DNA of 64,000 bases from an uncultured SAR86 cluster bacterium (GCA_902511425.1 CABXFE010000001.1:18476-82475), one strand, 5' to 3'; numbered from the stretch's first letter, positions 27,982 to 39,325 are shown. Notes: generated by a model not told the origin, from the sequence alone. Made by a program: numbers and translations.

Positions 27982-28288
27982 ACTTTACAGCCGTTCCATA
28001 CGCAATAACCTCAGAAGCAGCCGCTGCTATGGTAGAAGTCTCATATCGAAAATTGACGACTGCATCTGCACCCATTTCTTCAGCATTGGATAACATCCTG
28101 TCCATTGCTTCCGTTCTTGCTTGCATTAATAATATTGAATAGCTTTTAAGTTCACCGCCAACTAAATTTTTTAGCATTGCTAAAATATCTGTGCCTAAAT
28201 GCCTGGCTCTTACTGTGCTACCCATAACAATTCCAAGATAAGCATTAATTTTTTTACCCTCTATTGATGGGGTGCTGGTGACTATCAT
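27971..28288 (-). CDS. YbjQ family (UPF0145/DUF74) protein
   Basis: MIVTSTPSIEGKKI...VGGE...R..A...M...A...GA.AV...R family pattern. Start trimmed to ATG 28288, which has a GGAG SD. The track start at 28360 would overlap hspQ. Confidence 0.75.
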   Translation of the reverse strand: MIVTSTPSIEGKKINAYLGIVMGSTVRARHLGTDILAMLKNLVGGELKSYSILLMQARTEAMDRMLSNAEEMGADAVVNFRYETSTIAAAASEVIAYGTAVKFED

Positions 28289-28326
28289 AGTTTGCTCCAA
28301 AAATTTGATATGATTAAGTGAATCAT

Positions 28327-28671
28327 ATGAGTAATATAAAACAAGAATTAGTTGAAACAAAATTTGCCATCGGAGCAGTGGTAAAACATCGCTTTCTCGA
28401 TTTTCGCGGAGTTATATTTGATGTTGATCCAGAATTTAATAATACTGAAGAGTGGTATCAGTCTATCCCGACCTCAATGCGTCCCAGAAAAAATCAACCT
28501 TTTTACCACCTCTTTGCTGAAAATGGCCATATCTTTTATGTAGCCTATGTATCGGAGCAAAACTTACTTGATGACGCCTCAGAAGAATTGCCAAAACATC
28601 CAGAAATCAAAAATTTATTTTCTCATTTTGAAGAAGGCAGATTTGTGCCGCTCTCAACAGCTGTAAACTAA
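28327..28671 (+). CDS. hspQ: heat shock protein HspQ (YccV, hemimethylated-DNA-binding domain)
   Basis: KFAIGAVVKHRFLDFRGVIFDVDPEF and ...PFYHLFAENG...YV.E..L align with E. coli HspQ. GTG 28318 is an alternative start. Confidence 0.8.
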   Translation: MSNIKQELVETKFAIGAVVKHRFLDFRGVIFDVDPEFNNTEEWYQSIPTSMRPRKNQPFYHLFAENGHIFYVAYVSEQNLLDDASEELPKHPEIKNLFSHFEEGRFVPLSTAVN

Positions 28672-28672
28672 T

Positions 28673-29875
28673 CTATTCTTCAAAAGCCAATTGCAAGGAC
28701 GTTGTAAAAACCTCCATTGCTTCTTTTAGGTCTTCCAAACCCAAGAAAGTTGGAGCTAATCTAATATTGGAGTCATCTGGATCATGAAAGTGCGGATAGG
28801 TAGATCCAGCAGGAGTTATCAAAACCCCGGCCTCTTCACATAGCGCTATAACCCTTTTGGCAATGGGTTTTTTGGTATTGTACGAAATAAAGTATCCCCC
28901 AGTTGGTTTCTTATAACTGCCTATTTCAGAGTTTAAAGAGTCTAGTGCTTTAAAAGCTACTTCAAATTTTGGTTTGACCAAATCTGCATGCTTGCTCATA
29001 TGATTTAAAACATCAGCCTTATTTTGAAGAAATCCAAGATGGCGCATCTGATTCACCTTATCTGAGCAAACAATCATAGAGGCTCTTTGTCTCACCAGGA
29101 GATTGAAAAGCTTTGTGCCTGCGGCAGCGAATGATAATCCGCCTCCACCAAATGTGACCTTTGAAAAAGAGCAAAATATTGCGGTTTGATCCAGAACATC
29201 GCACTGCTTGGCTAGCTCCCACGAGGGCATTTGATCAATGGTTGGTGCAAAGTCATGCAATAGGTATGCATGATCTAAAATAAAAAGAAATTCACTTGAA
29301 TAAGCCTTCCCGGTCTCCATAATTTCTGACATATTTTCATCTGAGTAAATGTCACCGGTTGGATTAGAGTGCCGAGGGACACATATGATTCCTTTTATAT
29401 TATCGTGGCCTCCAAGCAGCTCTTTAAACTTATCAATATCAATTCCAGAGCCGCTCAAAGGAATGGGTAACATTTCTATGCCAAAATCATCCAGCAGCCT
29501 AAAATGCCTATCGAATCCTGGAACTGGACAAATAAACTTCAAATTTTTCTGCTCTCTCCATGGCATCTCTAAACCAAAAAGATGATTTGCAAGAATGAGC
29601 TGATAAATAAGAAGTAAGCTAGATTGCTCGCCAACCAGAGTATTGTCCACGGGTGCCGACAACAATTCGCTTCCAAGCATTCTTGCTTCTGGTATCCCAA
29701 GAGGATCACCGTAATTTCGAACATCCACCCCACTTTGGCTCTCTGCCGGAACTGTCATGCTCAAAAGATCATTTGAAAGATCTAGTTGGTCAGAGCCTGG
29801 TTTGCCGCGCGTTAAATCAATCTTCAGCTTTTTAGATTTTAAAGCAGCAAATTTAGATTCCAGAGTTTTATCCAT
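28673..29875 (-). CDS. PLP-dependent aminotransferase, class I/II fold
   Basis: 400 aa. N-terminal LTRGKPGSDQLDLS and PLP-lysine region SFSKVTFGGGG. Confidence 0.7.
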   Translation of the reverse strand: MDKTLESKFAALKSKKLKIDLTRGKPGSDQLDLSNDLLSMTVPAESQSGVDVRNYGDPLGIPEARMLGSELLSAPVDNTLVGEQSSLLLIYQLILANHLFGLEMPWREQKNLKFICPVPGFDRHFRLLDDFGIEMLPIPLSGSGIDIDKFKELLGGHDNIKGIICVPRHSNPTGDIYSDENMSEIMETGKAYSSEFLFILDHAYLLHDFAPTIDQMPSWELAKQCDVLDQTAIFCSFSKVTFGGGGLSFAAAGTKLFNLLVRQRASMIVCSDKVNQMRHLGFLQNKADVLNHMSKHADLVKPKFEVAFKALDSLNSEIGSYKKPTGGYFISYNTKKPIAKRVIALCEEAGVLITPAGSTYPHFHDPDDSNIRLAPTFLGLEDLKEAMEVFTTSLQLAFEE

Positions 29876-29924
29876 AGTATCATTGGGTATATAAGTAAAT
29901 GTATTTTATAGGATAAATTTATAA

Positions 29925-30815
29925 GTGACATATATCTGGATTCTTTTGGTAGTAATAATCCTACTTTTAGGCTTATTAATCTATCTTAATATTAAAGACA
30001 GCTCACAAAGCTCAGATTCTAAAGAATCACTAAGGGATCTCGATAAAGCTGTTGAAAGGCAAGAAGCGAAACTGTCTGACTTATCAAATGATATTCAATC
30101 CTTCCAAGATCCTTTGAGTAAACTTAATCGGTATTTGTCTGGTGGTGCGCTTGCGGGTACCTTCGGTGAATGGTCGCTAGATGCAATTGTAAAAGATATT
30201 TTTCACCAGAATCAATTTATTGCTAACGCAGAAGTGATACCAGGTTCAGGTAAACGAGTTGAATTTGCAATTAAATTACCAGAGGGTTTGCTGCTTCCAA
30301 TTGATGCAAAATTTCCATCAGGCCTTTTTGATACCTACTTATCTGCCGTTGATAATAGAAACCCTCAACTTATAAAGACTTCTTCAGATGCAATTAGAAG
30401 ACATGTTCAAAAAGATGCGAAAGATATAAAAGAAAAATATATTCAATCAGGTATAACTATTGAGCTAGGCATTATGTACATCCCAAGTGAGTCACTGATG
30501 CAGCTCATAGATTCAATGAGTAATATTAGAGAAGAAATATTTAGAGATAATCGAGTTCTTATCATGGGACCAAATTCTCTTGCTGCATATCTGATAAGCG
30601 TTCATATGGGATTTAGAACTCTTGCTCTTAATGAAAGAGCAAGTGAAATTATGAAAGAGTTTGGGAGGCTCAAAAAAGAATTTGAAAACTTCGGAAGCTC
30701 TACGGAAGAGCTGCAGAAAAAAACTGATGCAATACTAAAAGCTGTGAATGAGCATGCTACAAGAGAAAGACAAATGAGCAAGGCTATTAAAAATATGGAT
30801 CAGGTAGAAAGTTAA
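29925..30815 (+). CDS. rmuC: DNA recombination protein RmuC (short form)
   Basis: N-terminal TM helix, a short coiled coil, then the RmuC domain (VEFAIKLP...LPIDAKFP, MYIPSES). GTG start. Confidence 0.75.
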   Translation: MTYIWILLVVIILLLGLLIYLNIKDSSQSSDSKESLRDLDKAVERQEAKLSDLSNDIQSFQDPLSKLNRYLSGGALAGTFGEWSLDAIVKDIFHQNQFIANAEVIPGSGKRVEFAIKLPEGLLLPIDAKFPSGLFDTYLSAVDNRNPQLIKTSSDAIRRHVQKDAKDIKEKYIQSGITIELGIMYIPSESLMQLIDSMSNIREEIFRDNRVLIMGPNSLAAYLISVHMGFRTLALNERASEIMKEFGRLKKEFENFGSSTEELQKKTDAILKAVNEHATRERQMSKAIKNMDQVES

Positions 30816-30822
30816 AAAATAA

Positions 30823-31476
30823 TCAGCGAACAATAATCTTGCCTTCTAGAAATTCTATTATCCTATCTGAAAAATGCATAGCCTCTGCTTCATCATGAGT
30901 AACCAATAAGACAGACAAATCTTTATCTTTAAAAATTTTCTTGGTCTCATCATGCAACTCCTCTTTAAGATTTTTATCTAGCGCGCCAAACGGCTCATCA
31001 AGCAAAAGAATATCTGGATTAGTAATTAATGCTCTGGCAAATGCAACTCTTTGTTGCTGACCAGCAGAAATTTCATGAGGATATTTTTTGCTCAGCTCGG
31101 CTACCTTAAATAGACTAAGGTATTCTTGCACCAAAGATTCTCTCTCTTGAATATGGCCAATGCCGAACATTACATTCTTTTCAATATTAAGATGCGGAAA
31201 TAGAGCTCGGTCTTCAACCACCAATCCCAAATTTCTATTTTCTGGAGGTAAAAGAAAATTTTTCTTTGAAACAACTTTATTATTTATTTTTACCTCTCCA
31301 TCCATCACGCCCTCTAATCCAGCAACAATTCTTAATAGAGTTGTTTTACCAATGCCTGAAGGACCAAGGATTGAAACTATTTCACCCTTCTTTAATGAAA
31401 AACTGAAATCTTTAATTGTTGAAGTATCTTGATTATAGGCATGATATAAATTTCTAATTTCAAGTATATTATTCAT
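30823..31476 (-). CDS. fbpC: ABC transporter ATP-binding protein (Fe3+ importer; lacks the C-terminal regulatory domain)
   Basis: Walker A GPSGIGKT, signature ISAGQQQR, Walker B LLLDEP. At 217 aa it is the bare NBD only. Confidence 0.75.
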   Translation of the reverse strand: MNNILEIRNLYHAYNQDTSTIKDFSFSLKKGEIVSILGPSGIGKTTLLRIVAGLEGVMDGEVKINNKVVSKKNFLLPPENRNLGLVVEDRALFPHLNIEKNVMFGIGHIQERESLVQEYLSLFKVAELSKKYPHEISAGQQQRVAFARALITNPDILLLDEPFGALDKNLKEELHDETKKIFKDKDLSVLLVTHDEAEAMHFSDRIIEFLEGKIIVR

Positions 31477-33097
31477 CGTTGTTTTCCAATCCTGATGTCC
31501 TGATCATTTGAGAGATAAAGAAAATCGGAATTAATCCAATCAATATTATCGCAGTTGCTGGGGCTGCAGCCTCAACCATTCTTTCTTCAGAAGCATAAAT
31601 ATATGTTGAAACAGCCAAAGTTTCAAAATTAAAAGGTCTTAAAATTAGAGTGGCTGGCAATTCCTTTACAACCTCTGAGGTTACTAAAAGGATACTTGTG
31701 AAAAAACTTGTTTTTAATATAGGAAAATGCACTCTAAAAAGAAGGTTTAGTCCTTTTGATTTTAGAACTCGTGCGTTGTCATCAATGATTTGGCTAATTT
31801 TTTGATAGCCAGCCTCATAAGTTGAATTGGCCAAAGCATATGATTTAATAATGTAAGCAAAGATCAAACCAAATAAACTTCCAGTAAGGAAATACCCTTC
31901 TAATGAATTTAAAAAATTGTTATCTAAAAATACAAATAATTGGACAATTCCAACTGCAAGAATCAAACCTGGAACAGCATAACCAATGTTTAAAAAAGGA
32001 TTTATAGATTTAATTACAGGGCTGTTTGTATATCTGATTGAAAAATTAATAATCATTGCAATAAAAGTACAAAGCATTGCCGATAGAATTGATAGCAGAA
32101 CTGTATTCAATGATATTGAAAGAAATTGTTCATTAAAAAAGCTAGTGTTAAATCTTAATGACCAATTTAAAATTTCCAGTATAGGTAAGATAAAACCAAT
32201 AAATATTGGAACAAAACATATAAAAAAGCATATAGAAGATCCAAGAGAGCTTAATCTTTTCACTGGTGTTGGTTTAAAATTTGACCCAATAGTCGAATAG
32301 TTAGCATTTTTTCTAGATACCCGCTCTATAACTAAGCAAAAAGTGATGAATATTAGCAACATTGAAGCCAGCTGCATTGCTGTTGTTAAATCATACATTC
32401 CATACCAAGTTCTAAAAATACCAGTTGTAAATGTTGAGATAGCAAAGTGATCGACTGCGCCAAAATCAGACAAAGTTTCCATGGCTACAATCATTGTGCC
32501 TGCAATTAAGGCAGGTCTTACCAAAGGAAGAGCAAGTTTTAAAAAAATTGATACTTGAGACAGGCCTAATGTTCTTCCAACTTCAAACATAGATCTTGAT
32601 TGATTAAGAAAGGCGGTCCGACAAATCAAATATACATATGGATAAAGGGTAAATGAAAAAACAATAATTGCGCCATAGATATTTCTAATGTTAGGAAATA
32701 GCGTTGCATTTTGTTTTAAATTAAATACTGACTTCGCAATTTCATTCAATGTTCCATATGAATCAAATAATCCAGTAAAGGTGTACGCCAGAATGTAAGG
32801 AGGTATTGCCAATGGAAGTATAAGAGCCCATTCGAAAAACTGTTTTCCGAAAAATTGATAGTTGGTTACCAGCCATGCTGTAAGAGAGCCAATGGCCATG
32901 ACTAGCATCGAAACTCCTGATACTAAAATGAGCGAATTTAGAATGTAATCAGCTAATACATATTCGTATATGTGGCTCCAATTTTCTGAGTAATCACCAA
33001 ATACGCTTGATAGAATAATTAGAACTGGGGAAAGGAAAAATAATAGGATAAGAAGCGGTATGCCATGCCAAATAGAAAGAAATTTTGAGGACCACAC
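31469..33097 (-). CDS. fbpB: Fe(3+) ABC transporter permease (duplicated two-domain type)
   Basis: 542 aa with about 12 TM helices and two EAA-like loops. Sits between the SBP and ATPase genes. Confidence 0.75.
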   Translation of the reverse strand: MWSSKFLSIWHGIPLLILLFFLSPVLIILSSVFGDYSENWSHIYEYVLADYILNSLILVSGVSMLVMAIGSLTAWLVTNYQFFGKQFFEWALILPLAIPPYILAYTFTGLFDSYGTLNEIAKSVFNLKQNATLFPNIRNIYGAIIVFSFTLYPYVYLICRTAFLNQSRSMFEVGRTLGLSQVSIFLKLALPLVRPALIAGTMIVAMETLSDFGAVDHFAISTFTTGIFRTWYGMYDLTTAMQLASMLLIFITFCLVIERVSRKNANYSTIGSNFKPTPVKRLSSLGSSICFFICFVPIFIGFILPILEILNWSLRFNTSFFNEQFLSISLNTVLLSILSAMLCTFIAMIINFSIRYTNSPVIKSINPFLNIGYAVPGLILAVGIVQLFVFLDNNFLNSLEGYFLTGSLFGLIFAYIIKSYALANSTYEAGYQKISQIIDDNARVLKSKGLNLLFRVHFPILKTSFFTSILLVTSEVVKELPATLILRPFNFETLAVSTYIYASEERMVEAAAPATAIILIGLIPIFFISQMIRTSGLENNDE

Positions 33098-33143
33098 TTT
33101 ATAAAACTGAGTTTAGTTAATAAATGAGGTTATCATAGTATTG

Positions 33144-34163
33144 TTATTTCCAGCCAGCCCTGTCCATAAGTTTTATAGCTTCTGAATTGAACTTTCCATA
33201 TTCTGAAACCTGCATTTTGTCCTCTAGAAAATCTAAGCCTGAGCTTGCTATATCAGGATGAGGCAAAACACCTTTCAGAACAGGGTATTCAAATGAGTTA
33301 TTCACCATGCTTGATTGCATTTGTCTTGAAAGCAAAAACTCAATAAATCTATTAGCATTATCAATGTTTTTTGCATTCTTGAGCACTCCCAGCCCACTGA
33401 TGTTTATGTGGACTCCCCTATTGCTTTGATTAGGAAAAAACATTTTTACTTTTTTAGCTGCTTCAACTTGCTCATTTCCAGCTTTTCCAGAAAGCATGTA
33501 CCCGTAATAGTAGCTATTTGCAATTGCTAGATCGGCCATCTCATTAGCAACAGCCATAATCTGAGATCTGTCATTACCTTGAGGTTTTCTTGCTAAATTA
33601 GAGACAAAACCTTTAGCCCATTCTTCTGTTTTTTCAATGCCATGAGCTGATATTAACGATGCAACCAATGATTGATTATAGATATTATTGGAACTTCTTA
33701 TCACAACTCTTCCATTCCATTTTTTGCTTGAGAGGTCTTCATAACTAAGATCTGCTAGCTCTTCATCCGAAACAGTTTTAGGATTATAAAAAATCACCCT
33801 TGCTCTTTTGGCAATCGCGATCCATTGGTTGTTTGGGCCCCTCAAATTTATTGGAACTATTGAAAGAGCTTTTGCCGATGAAATGCTTTGCAAATACCCT
33901 TCTTTTTGAATCTTCCATAAATTACCAGCATCAACAGTAAAGAAAATATCAGCTGGGGAATTGTTGCCTTCAGATTTTAATCTTTCAAGCAAGGCGTTAC
34001 CATTTCCGGAAATAACATTAATTTTTATACCTGTTTCCTTTCGAAAATCTTCGTATAATTTATCATCAGAATCATAATGTCTTGAAGTGTATATGTTGAC
34101 CTCATTAGCAAATGATAAGGAGCTAAGGAGCATCAACATAATTGGAAACATAGATTTATACAT
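33144..34163 (-). CDS. fbpA: Fe(3+) ABC transporter substrate-binding protein
   Basis: Signal peptide. Similar to the FbpA/AfuA/IdiA family (VNIYTSRHY..., SPADIFFTVD, ANSYYYGY). Start set at ATG 34163, which has a GAGG SD 6 nt upstream. A Fur box lies upstream. Confidence 0.8.
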   Translation of the reverse strand: MYKSMFPIMLMLLSSLSFANEVNIYTSRHYDSDDKLYEDFRKETGIKINVISGNGNALLERLKSEGNNSPADIFFTVDAGNLWKIQKEGYLQSISSAKALSIVPINLRGPNNQWIAIAKRARVIFYNPKTVSDEELADLSYEDLSSKKWNGRVVIRSSNNIYNQSLVASLISAHGIEKTEEWAKGFVSNLARKPQGNDRSQIMAVANEMADLAIANSYYYGYMLSGKAGNEQVEAAKKVKMFFPNQSNRGVHINISGLGVLKNAKNIDNANRFIEFLLSRQMQSSMVNNSFEYPVLKGVLPHPDIASSGLDFLEDKMQVSEYGKFNSEAIKLMDRAGWK

Positions 34164-34184
34164 TGATAGCCTCATGAATATTTA

Positions 34185-34205
34185 TTGAGAATGATTCTCA
34201 TTTGG
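34185..34205. promoter_or_regulatory. Fur box (core palindrome GAGAAT-G-ATTCTC at 34187-34199)
   Basis: The 19-mer CCAAATGAGAATCATTCTC (minus strand) matches GATAATGATAATCATTATC at 14/19, and at 11/13 in the 3' part. It lies immediately downstream of the fbpA -10. Confidence 0.6.
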
Positions 34206-34233
34206 ATTATATACAAAGAAAAACTCTTTTCAA
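34206..34233 (-). promoter_or_regulatory. sigma70-type promoter of fbpABC (TTGAAA-16 nt-TATAAT)
   Basis: Minus strand: -35 TTGAAA (34228-34233) and -10 TATAAT (34206-34211). The Fur box begins right after the -10. Confidence 0.5.
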
Positions 34234-34286
34234 ATTCACCGCCTGAATTATGATGTTAGTATGCACTCATTTAATGAAAAATATTG

Positions 34287-35354
34287 ATGAATAAAACGCC
34301 ACTTCACGATATCCATGTTCAACTTGGCGCCAAAATGGTTAACTTTTCTAATTGGGAAATGCCAATTAGTTACTCATCGCTTATAGAAGAGCATAATGCA
34401 GTAAGAAGCTCGGTTGGAATTTTTGATGTATCTCACATGGCAGTTTTTGATTTTGATGGCGGAGATCAAATTGCTTTCTTTGAAAAAATTTTTGCTAATG
34501 ACATCAAAAAAATCTCTAAAGATAACAAGGCAATTTATGGCGCTTTGCTAAATGAACAGGGTGGTATTTTAGATGATTTGATTATCTACCACGCCAACGA
34601 TAAATTTAGACTGGTTTCAAATTGTTCTACTCGAGAACAAAATAAAAATTGGTATGAGAAGCATGCTGCTGAATTTGGCGTGAGGGTAATCGAAAGAGCT
34701 GATATGGGCATACTGGCTATTCAAGGGCCTGATGCGCTTAGTAAAGTTTCTGCCATTGAAGAAATGAACGATCAAGCAAGCAGTCTTCAAACATTTGGAT
34801 GTATGTTTGATGGCGAAAAACTGTATGCAAGAACTGGGTATACTGGCGAAGATGGCCTTGAATTGATTCTTCCTGCTAAAGATATTAAGCATCTATGGGA
34901 TCAAGCATTGGGGCTTGGATGCATGCCTATAGGTTTAGGAGCAAGAGACACACTCAGGCTTGAGGCTGGACTCAACTTATATGGCAATGATATGACAATA
35001 GACAATCATCCATATGAATCGAATCTTGGCTGGACAATTGACATGAGCGATGAAAATCGCCAATTCATTGGCAAAGAGGCTCTCCTTTCCATTGATCAAA
35101 GCAAGTCACAGAAAATAACAGGTGTCATCCTTCAAGATAAGGGAGTTCTAAGGCCTGGCTATGAGATCACTCATGAACAAGGTAATGGTGTGGTATTGAG
35201 CGGTTCATATTCTCCAACGCTTCAATCTAGCATTGGTCTTGTAAGGGTTGATCAGGGATTTAAAAAAAACGGGAAGGTTGTAATAAGAAACAAGGTGTTA
35301 AATATTGAATTTGTGTCGCCTAGATTCATTGGACAAGGTAAAATACATCCATGA
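34287..35354 (+). CDS. gcvT: glycine cleavage system aminomethyltransferase T
   Basis: N-terminus [19 protein letters not shown], in gcvT-H-P order. The track start TTG 34284 is one codon upstream. Confidence 0.9.
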   Translation: MNKTPLHDIHVQLGAKMVNFSNWEMPISYSSLIEEHNAVRSSVGIFDVSHMAVFDFDGGDQIAFFEKIFANDIKKISKDNKAIYGALLNEQGGILDDLIIYHANDKFRLVSNCSTREQNKNWYEKHAAEFGVRVIERADMGILAIQGPDALSKVSAIEEMNDQASSLQTFGCMFDGEKLYARTGYTGEDGLELILPAKDIKHLWDQALGLGCMPIGLGARDTLRLEAGLNLYGNDMTIDNHPYESNLGWTIDMSDENRQFIGKEALLSIDQSKSQKITGVILQDKGVLRPGYEITHEQGNGVVLSGSYSPTLQSSIGLVRVDQGFKKNGKVVIRNKVLNIEFVSPRFIGQGKIHP

Positions 35355-35737
35355 AAAACATACCTGGTGACCTAAAGTTTCTTTCTTCACACGAATGGGC
35401 AAGAATAGAGTCAGACGGAAGCATTACTATAGGTATAAGTGATCATGCACAAGATCTCTTGGGAGATATAGTCTTCGTTGAATTGCCTGAAGTTGGGCAA
35501 ATACTAGATGCAGAAAGTGATGCAGCGATCGTAGAATCAGTAAAGGCTGCTTCAGATGTCTATTCTCCTATTTCCGGAGAAGTTAAGGCAGTAAATTCAT
35601 TGCTAGAAGACCAACCAGAAATAATAAATTCATCTCCATATGAGGATGGATGGTTTTATAAAATAAGCCCATCAGACTTAGGTGAGCTAGAGAATTTATT
35701 GTCTCCTGAAGATTATAGTGCAGTCTGTGAAGACTGA
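35351..35737 (+). CDS. gcvH: glycine cleavage system H protein
   Basis: Lipoyl-lysine motif ESVKAASD; 128 aa. Confidence 0.92.
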   Translation: MKNIPGDLKFLSSHEWARIESDGSITIGISDHAQDLLGDIVFVELPEVGQILDAESDAAIVESVKAASDVYSPISGEVKAVNSLLEDQPEIINSSPYEDGWFYKISPSDLGELENLLSPEDYSAVCED

Positions 35738-35794
35738 GTCTAAATAAAAAACTTTATTAGGGAGTTAAGTGCTCTTTAATATATATAAGTAATA

Positions 35795-38644
35795 ATGGAA
35801 AACATAAATAGTTTCGCACTTAGGCATATTGGCTTAAGCCAAACCGATATTGAAAATCTCCTTAAGCAACTTGGTTACAAAAACTTGGAAGATTTCTCAA
35901 AATCTGTGCTCCCTGAAAATATCTTTACCGATGATAAACTAGGGCTTGATGATGCATTATCTGAAGAGGAGGCGTTAAAAGCACTAAAGGAAATTTCAAA
36001 AAAAAATATTGTTTATCGCTCATTCATCGGCCAAGGCTACTATGGAACGGTTACACCTAAAGTCATTTTAAGGAATGTGTTTGAAAACCCAGGATGGTAT
36101 ACATCTTATACCCCCTACCAAGCAGAGATCTCTCAAGGCAGACTGGAAGCTCTTATTAATTTCCAAACCATGGTTGGTGACCTTACGGGATTTGAAATAG
36201 CCAATGCATCTCTTCTAGATGAAGCAACTGCTGCTGCAGAGTCCATGACACTTGCTCATAGGGTTGGCAAATCAAAATCACAAAAATTTTTTATAGATCA
36301 AAATTGCTTTCCTCAAACAATTTCAGTTGTCACATCTAGGGCAAAACCAATTGGGATTGAGGTGGTAATTGGAGACCCCCAAAAATTAATTGAATTAAAA
36401 GAAGAAAGATATTTCGGAGCTTTGCTTCAATATCCTGGTAATGATGGAGCGGTTATTGATTTCTCAAGAGTAATTGAGAGTATTCATAAGCAAAATGGTT
36501 TGGCGGTCATGGCAACTGATTTATTATCTCTGACTATGCTGAAGAGTCCTGGCGAGATGGGAGCTGATATCGCAATAGGTAGCTCTCAAAGATTTGGTGT
36601 GCCTCTTGGTTTTGGTGGTCCTCACGCAGCATTTATGGCTACCAAAGAAAAATACAAAAGGTCTTTGCCTGGAAGATTGGTTGGCGCATCAGTTGATGCA
36701 AGTGGAAAAACAGCATATCGACTAGCCTTGCAAACCAGAGAGCAGCATATTAGACGGGAGAAAGCTACAAGTAATATATGCACTGCTCAAGCGCTGCTAG
36801 CAATCATGGCAGGTTTTTATGCTGCATATCATGGTCCAGAGGGTTTAAAACAAATCGCCCAATCTGTTCGCTCAAAAGCAAATGCGTTAGCAACAAAAAT
36901 TAATGAGCTTGGTTATGATCTTCGTTCCTCTGTTTTCTTCGATACCATCAGCATTCATACAAAATCACAAACTCAGGAAATATTCTCAGCAGCTAATGAC
37001 CAGTTGATAAATATCAGAATGCTCGATAGAGATCATATAAGCATTTCATTGGACGAAACCACTACAAACCAAGAAGTTAATAAAATAGTAAAACTTTTTA
37101 AACCCATCGAAAGAAAAGAAAAAGTTATGATGAGCTTTGATCTGCCAGCAGATCTTAAAAGATCATCTAAATATCTTACTCATCCAGTCTTTCATATGTA
37201 TCGAACTGAAACAGAAATGCTGAGATATATAAGAAAGCTTTGCGATAAAGATATTGCTCTAGACAGAGCCATGATTCCTTTAGGCTCATGCACGATGAAG
37301 TTAAATGCTACGTCTGAGATGATTCCCGTCGGTTGGGAAGAATTTTCGAACATCCATCCTTATGCGCCTAATGACCAAACAGACGGATATAAAATTTTAA
37401 TAGGAGATCTTGAAACTCAACTTTCTGAAATCACAGGTTATTCCGCTATATCTTTACAACCAAATGCAGGCTCTCAAGGAGAATATGCTGGATTATTGGC
37501 AATCGATGCATTTCACAAAAAAAATGGCGATCATCAGAGAAAGATATGCTTAATTCCCGAGTCTGCTCATGGAACAAACCCAGCATCTGCGCAAATGGCT
37601 GGCATGAGAGTGGTTGCAATAAATTGTGATAAAAAGGGCAATATTGATCTTGAAGATTTAAAAGAAAAAGCTGAAAAATATTCAACCGAATTGGCTGCGA
37701 TAATGATCACCTATCCCTCAACGCATGGGGTATTTGAGACTACCGTGGCAGAAGTATGCTCAATCATTCATGGTCATGGTGGGAAAGTATACATAGATGG
37801 GGCTAACTTCAATGCTATGGTTGGTGTATGCAAACCTGGGAGCTTTGGAGGAGATGTATCACATCTGAATTTACATAAGACATTCTGCATTCCTCATGGC
37901 GGAGGTGGACCGGGGGTTGGCCCAATTGGGGTTGCAAAAGATTTAGTGCCTCATTTACCAACAGATCCTTTAGTATATGAACCTTCATCAAATAATGTTG
38001 GGCCAGTCTCAGCAACAAATTTCGGGAGTGCCTCAATTCTTCCTATCAGTTGGATGTATATTCAAATGATGGGTGCGTCAGGTCTTAGAAAAGCCACACA
38101 AGTGGCAATTCTAAGTGCGAATTATATAGCGCAGAAGCTTAGCCCTTACTACAAAATTTTATACGCTGGAAAAAATGGTCTAATTGCACACGAATGCATT
38201 TTAGATATAAGGCCTTTAAAAGAATTATGTGGAGTTGAGGTCGATGACATTGCAAAGCGCCTAATAGACTATGGATTTCATGCACCAACTATGTCATTTC
38301 CAGTTCCTGGAACTTTAATGATTGAGCCAACTGAAAGTGAATCATTGGCTGAGCTAGATAGGTTTATTGAGGCAATGATTTGTATTCGTGATGAAATTGG
38401 TAAGGTTGAAAATGGAACATATGCAATTGAAGAAAGCCCTTTAAGAAATGCCCCACATTGTGCTGAAAAGGTTGCCAGCGATGATTGGGAATATAAATAC
38501 ACTCGCTCTTTAGCTGCTTACCCTGTAGATCTAAGGGGAAGAAATAAATATTGGCCTCCGGTAGGAAGGGTGGATAATGTTTATGGGGATAAAAATCTAA
38601 TGTGCTCTTGCCCATCTATGTCTGACTTCAAAGAAGAAAGTTAA
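35795..38644 (+). CDS. gcvP: glycine dehydrogenase (decarboxylating), single-chain P protein
   Basis: 949 aa. [14 protein letters not shown] and the PLP-lysine region [19 protein letters not shown]. Confidence 0.95.
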   Translation: MENINSFALRHIGLSQTDIENLLKQLGYKNLEDFSKSVLPENIFTDDKLGLDDALSEEEALKALKEISKKNIVYRSFIGQGYYGTVTPKVILRNVFENPGWYTSYTPYQAEISQGRLEALINFQTMVGDLTGFEIANASLLDEATAAAESMTLAHRVGKSKSQKFFIDQNCFPQTISVVTSRAKPIGIEVVIGDPQKLIELKEERYFGALLQYPGNDGAVIDFSRVIESIHKQNGLAVMATDLLSLTMLKSPGEMGADIAIGSSQRFGVPLGFGGPHAAFMATKEKYKRSLPGRLVGASVDASGKTAYRLALQTREQHIRREKATSNICTAQALLAIMAGFYAAYHGPEGLKQIAQSVRSKANALATKINELGYDLRSSVFFDTISIHTKSQTQEIFSAANDQLINIRMLDRDHISISLDETTTNQEVNKIVKLFKPIERKEKVMMSFDLPADLKRSSKYLTHPVFHMYRTETEMLRYIRKLCDKDIALDRAMIPLGSCTMKLNATSEMIPVGWEEFSNIHPYAPNDQTDGYKILIGDLETQLSEITGYSAISLQPNAGSQGEYAGLLAIDAFHKKNGDHQRKICLIPESAHGTNPASAQMAGMRVVAINCDKKGNIDLEDLKEKAEKYSTELAAIMITYPSTHGVFETTVAEVCSIIHGHGGKVYIDGANFNAMVGVCKPGSFGGDVSHLNLHKTFCIPHGGGGPGVGPIGVAKDLVPHLPTDPLVYEPSSNNVGPVSATNFGSASILPISWMYIQMMGASGLRKATQVAILSANYIAQKLSPYYKILYAGKNGLIAHECILDIRPLKELCGVEVDDIAKRLIDYGFHAPTMSFPVPGTLMIEPTESESLAELDRFIEAMICIRDEIGKVENGTYAIEESPLRNAPHCAEKVASDDWEYKYTRSLAAYPVDLRGRNKYWPPVGRVDNVYGDKNLMCSCPSMSDFKEES

Positions 38645-39309
38645 ATTATCGGCAAATAGATTACTTCCCAGCCCCTTTCATTAGAGATTGCCTCAAGCTT
38701 TATATCTGGGTTTACAGCCTTTGGAAATTCAACCACTTCCATTAAAGGTAAGTCATTGATAGAGTCTGAATAAAATGTCACTCCAGAAAAATTGTCATAT
38801 TGATGGACTTGCATCCAACTTTCTACTAATTTTAATTTCCCCGCCCCTAATGCTGATGGTGGTATAAACTCACCTGTGCATTTCTGATCTTCAAATTCAA
38901 CTTTAGTGCCTATAACATTTTGAATGTCGAGTCTTTGAGCTATTGGTTTTACGATTAATTCATTTGTAGCACTCGCAAGCAATATTGTATGACCCTTATC
39001 ATGATGATCATGAATCAATTTAAGAGCAAAAATGTTAATCATAGGCTCAATAATTGTCTCTACAAAAGGCAGCATTATTTCGTTGATCTCATCGTGCGTC
39101 TTACCCACATAGGGCTTTAAGGCAAAATTCGTGTATTGATTAAAATCTAATTGGCCTTGTTGGTAATCTTTTATGAATTCATCATTTCTCAACTTAGCCA
39201 CTTCATCAAGAAGATTTATGTCTACCAAGTAATTAATCATCGAATAATCTGAATCACCGTTTAGAATGGTATTATCTAAATCGAAAATTGCTAAATCGGG
39301 CTTGCTCAT
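38641..39309 (-). CDS. HAD-IB family hydrolase (SerB-like phosphatase)
   Basis: DLDNT motif I, SAT motif II, and a distal DS.ND. Divergent from rppH. Confidence 0.7.
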   Translation of the reverse strand: MSKPDLAIFDLDNTILNGDSDYSMINYLVDINLLDEVAKLRNDEFIKDYQQGQLDFNQYTNFALKPYVGKTHDEINEIMLPFVETIIEPMINIFALKLIHDHHDKGHTILLASATNELIVKPIAQRLDIQNVIGTKVEFEDQKCTGEFIPPSALGAGKLKLVESWMQVHQYDNFSGVTFYSDSINDLPLMEVVEFPKAVNPDIKLEAISNERGWEVIYLPII

Positions 39310-39325
39310 AAGGAGTTAATCTAAC

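Noticed and set aside
34206-34286. Possible glycine riboswitch upstream of gcvT
   Set aside because: Only about 80 nt is available. The conserved glycine-aptamer G-rich cores (GGAGAG ... ACCGAAGGGGCAA-like) are absent. Only a short CACCGCC string is present.
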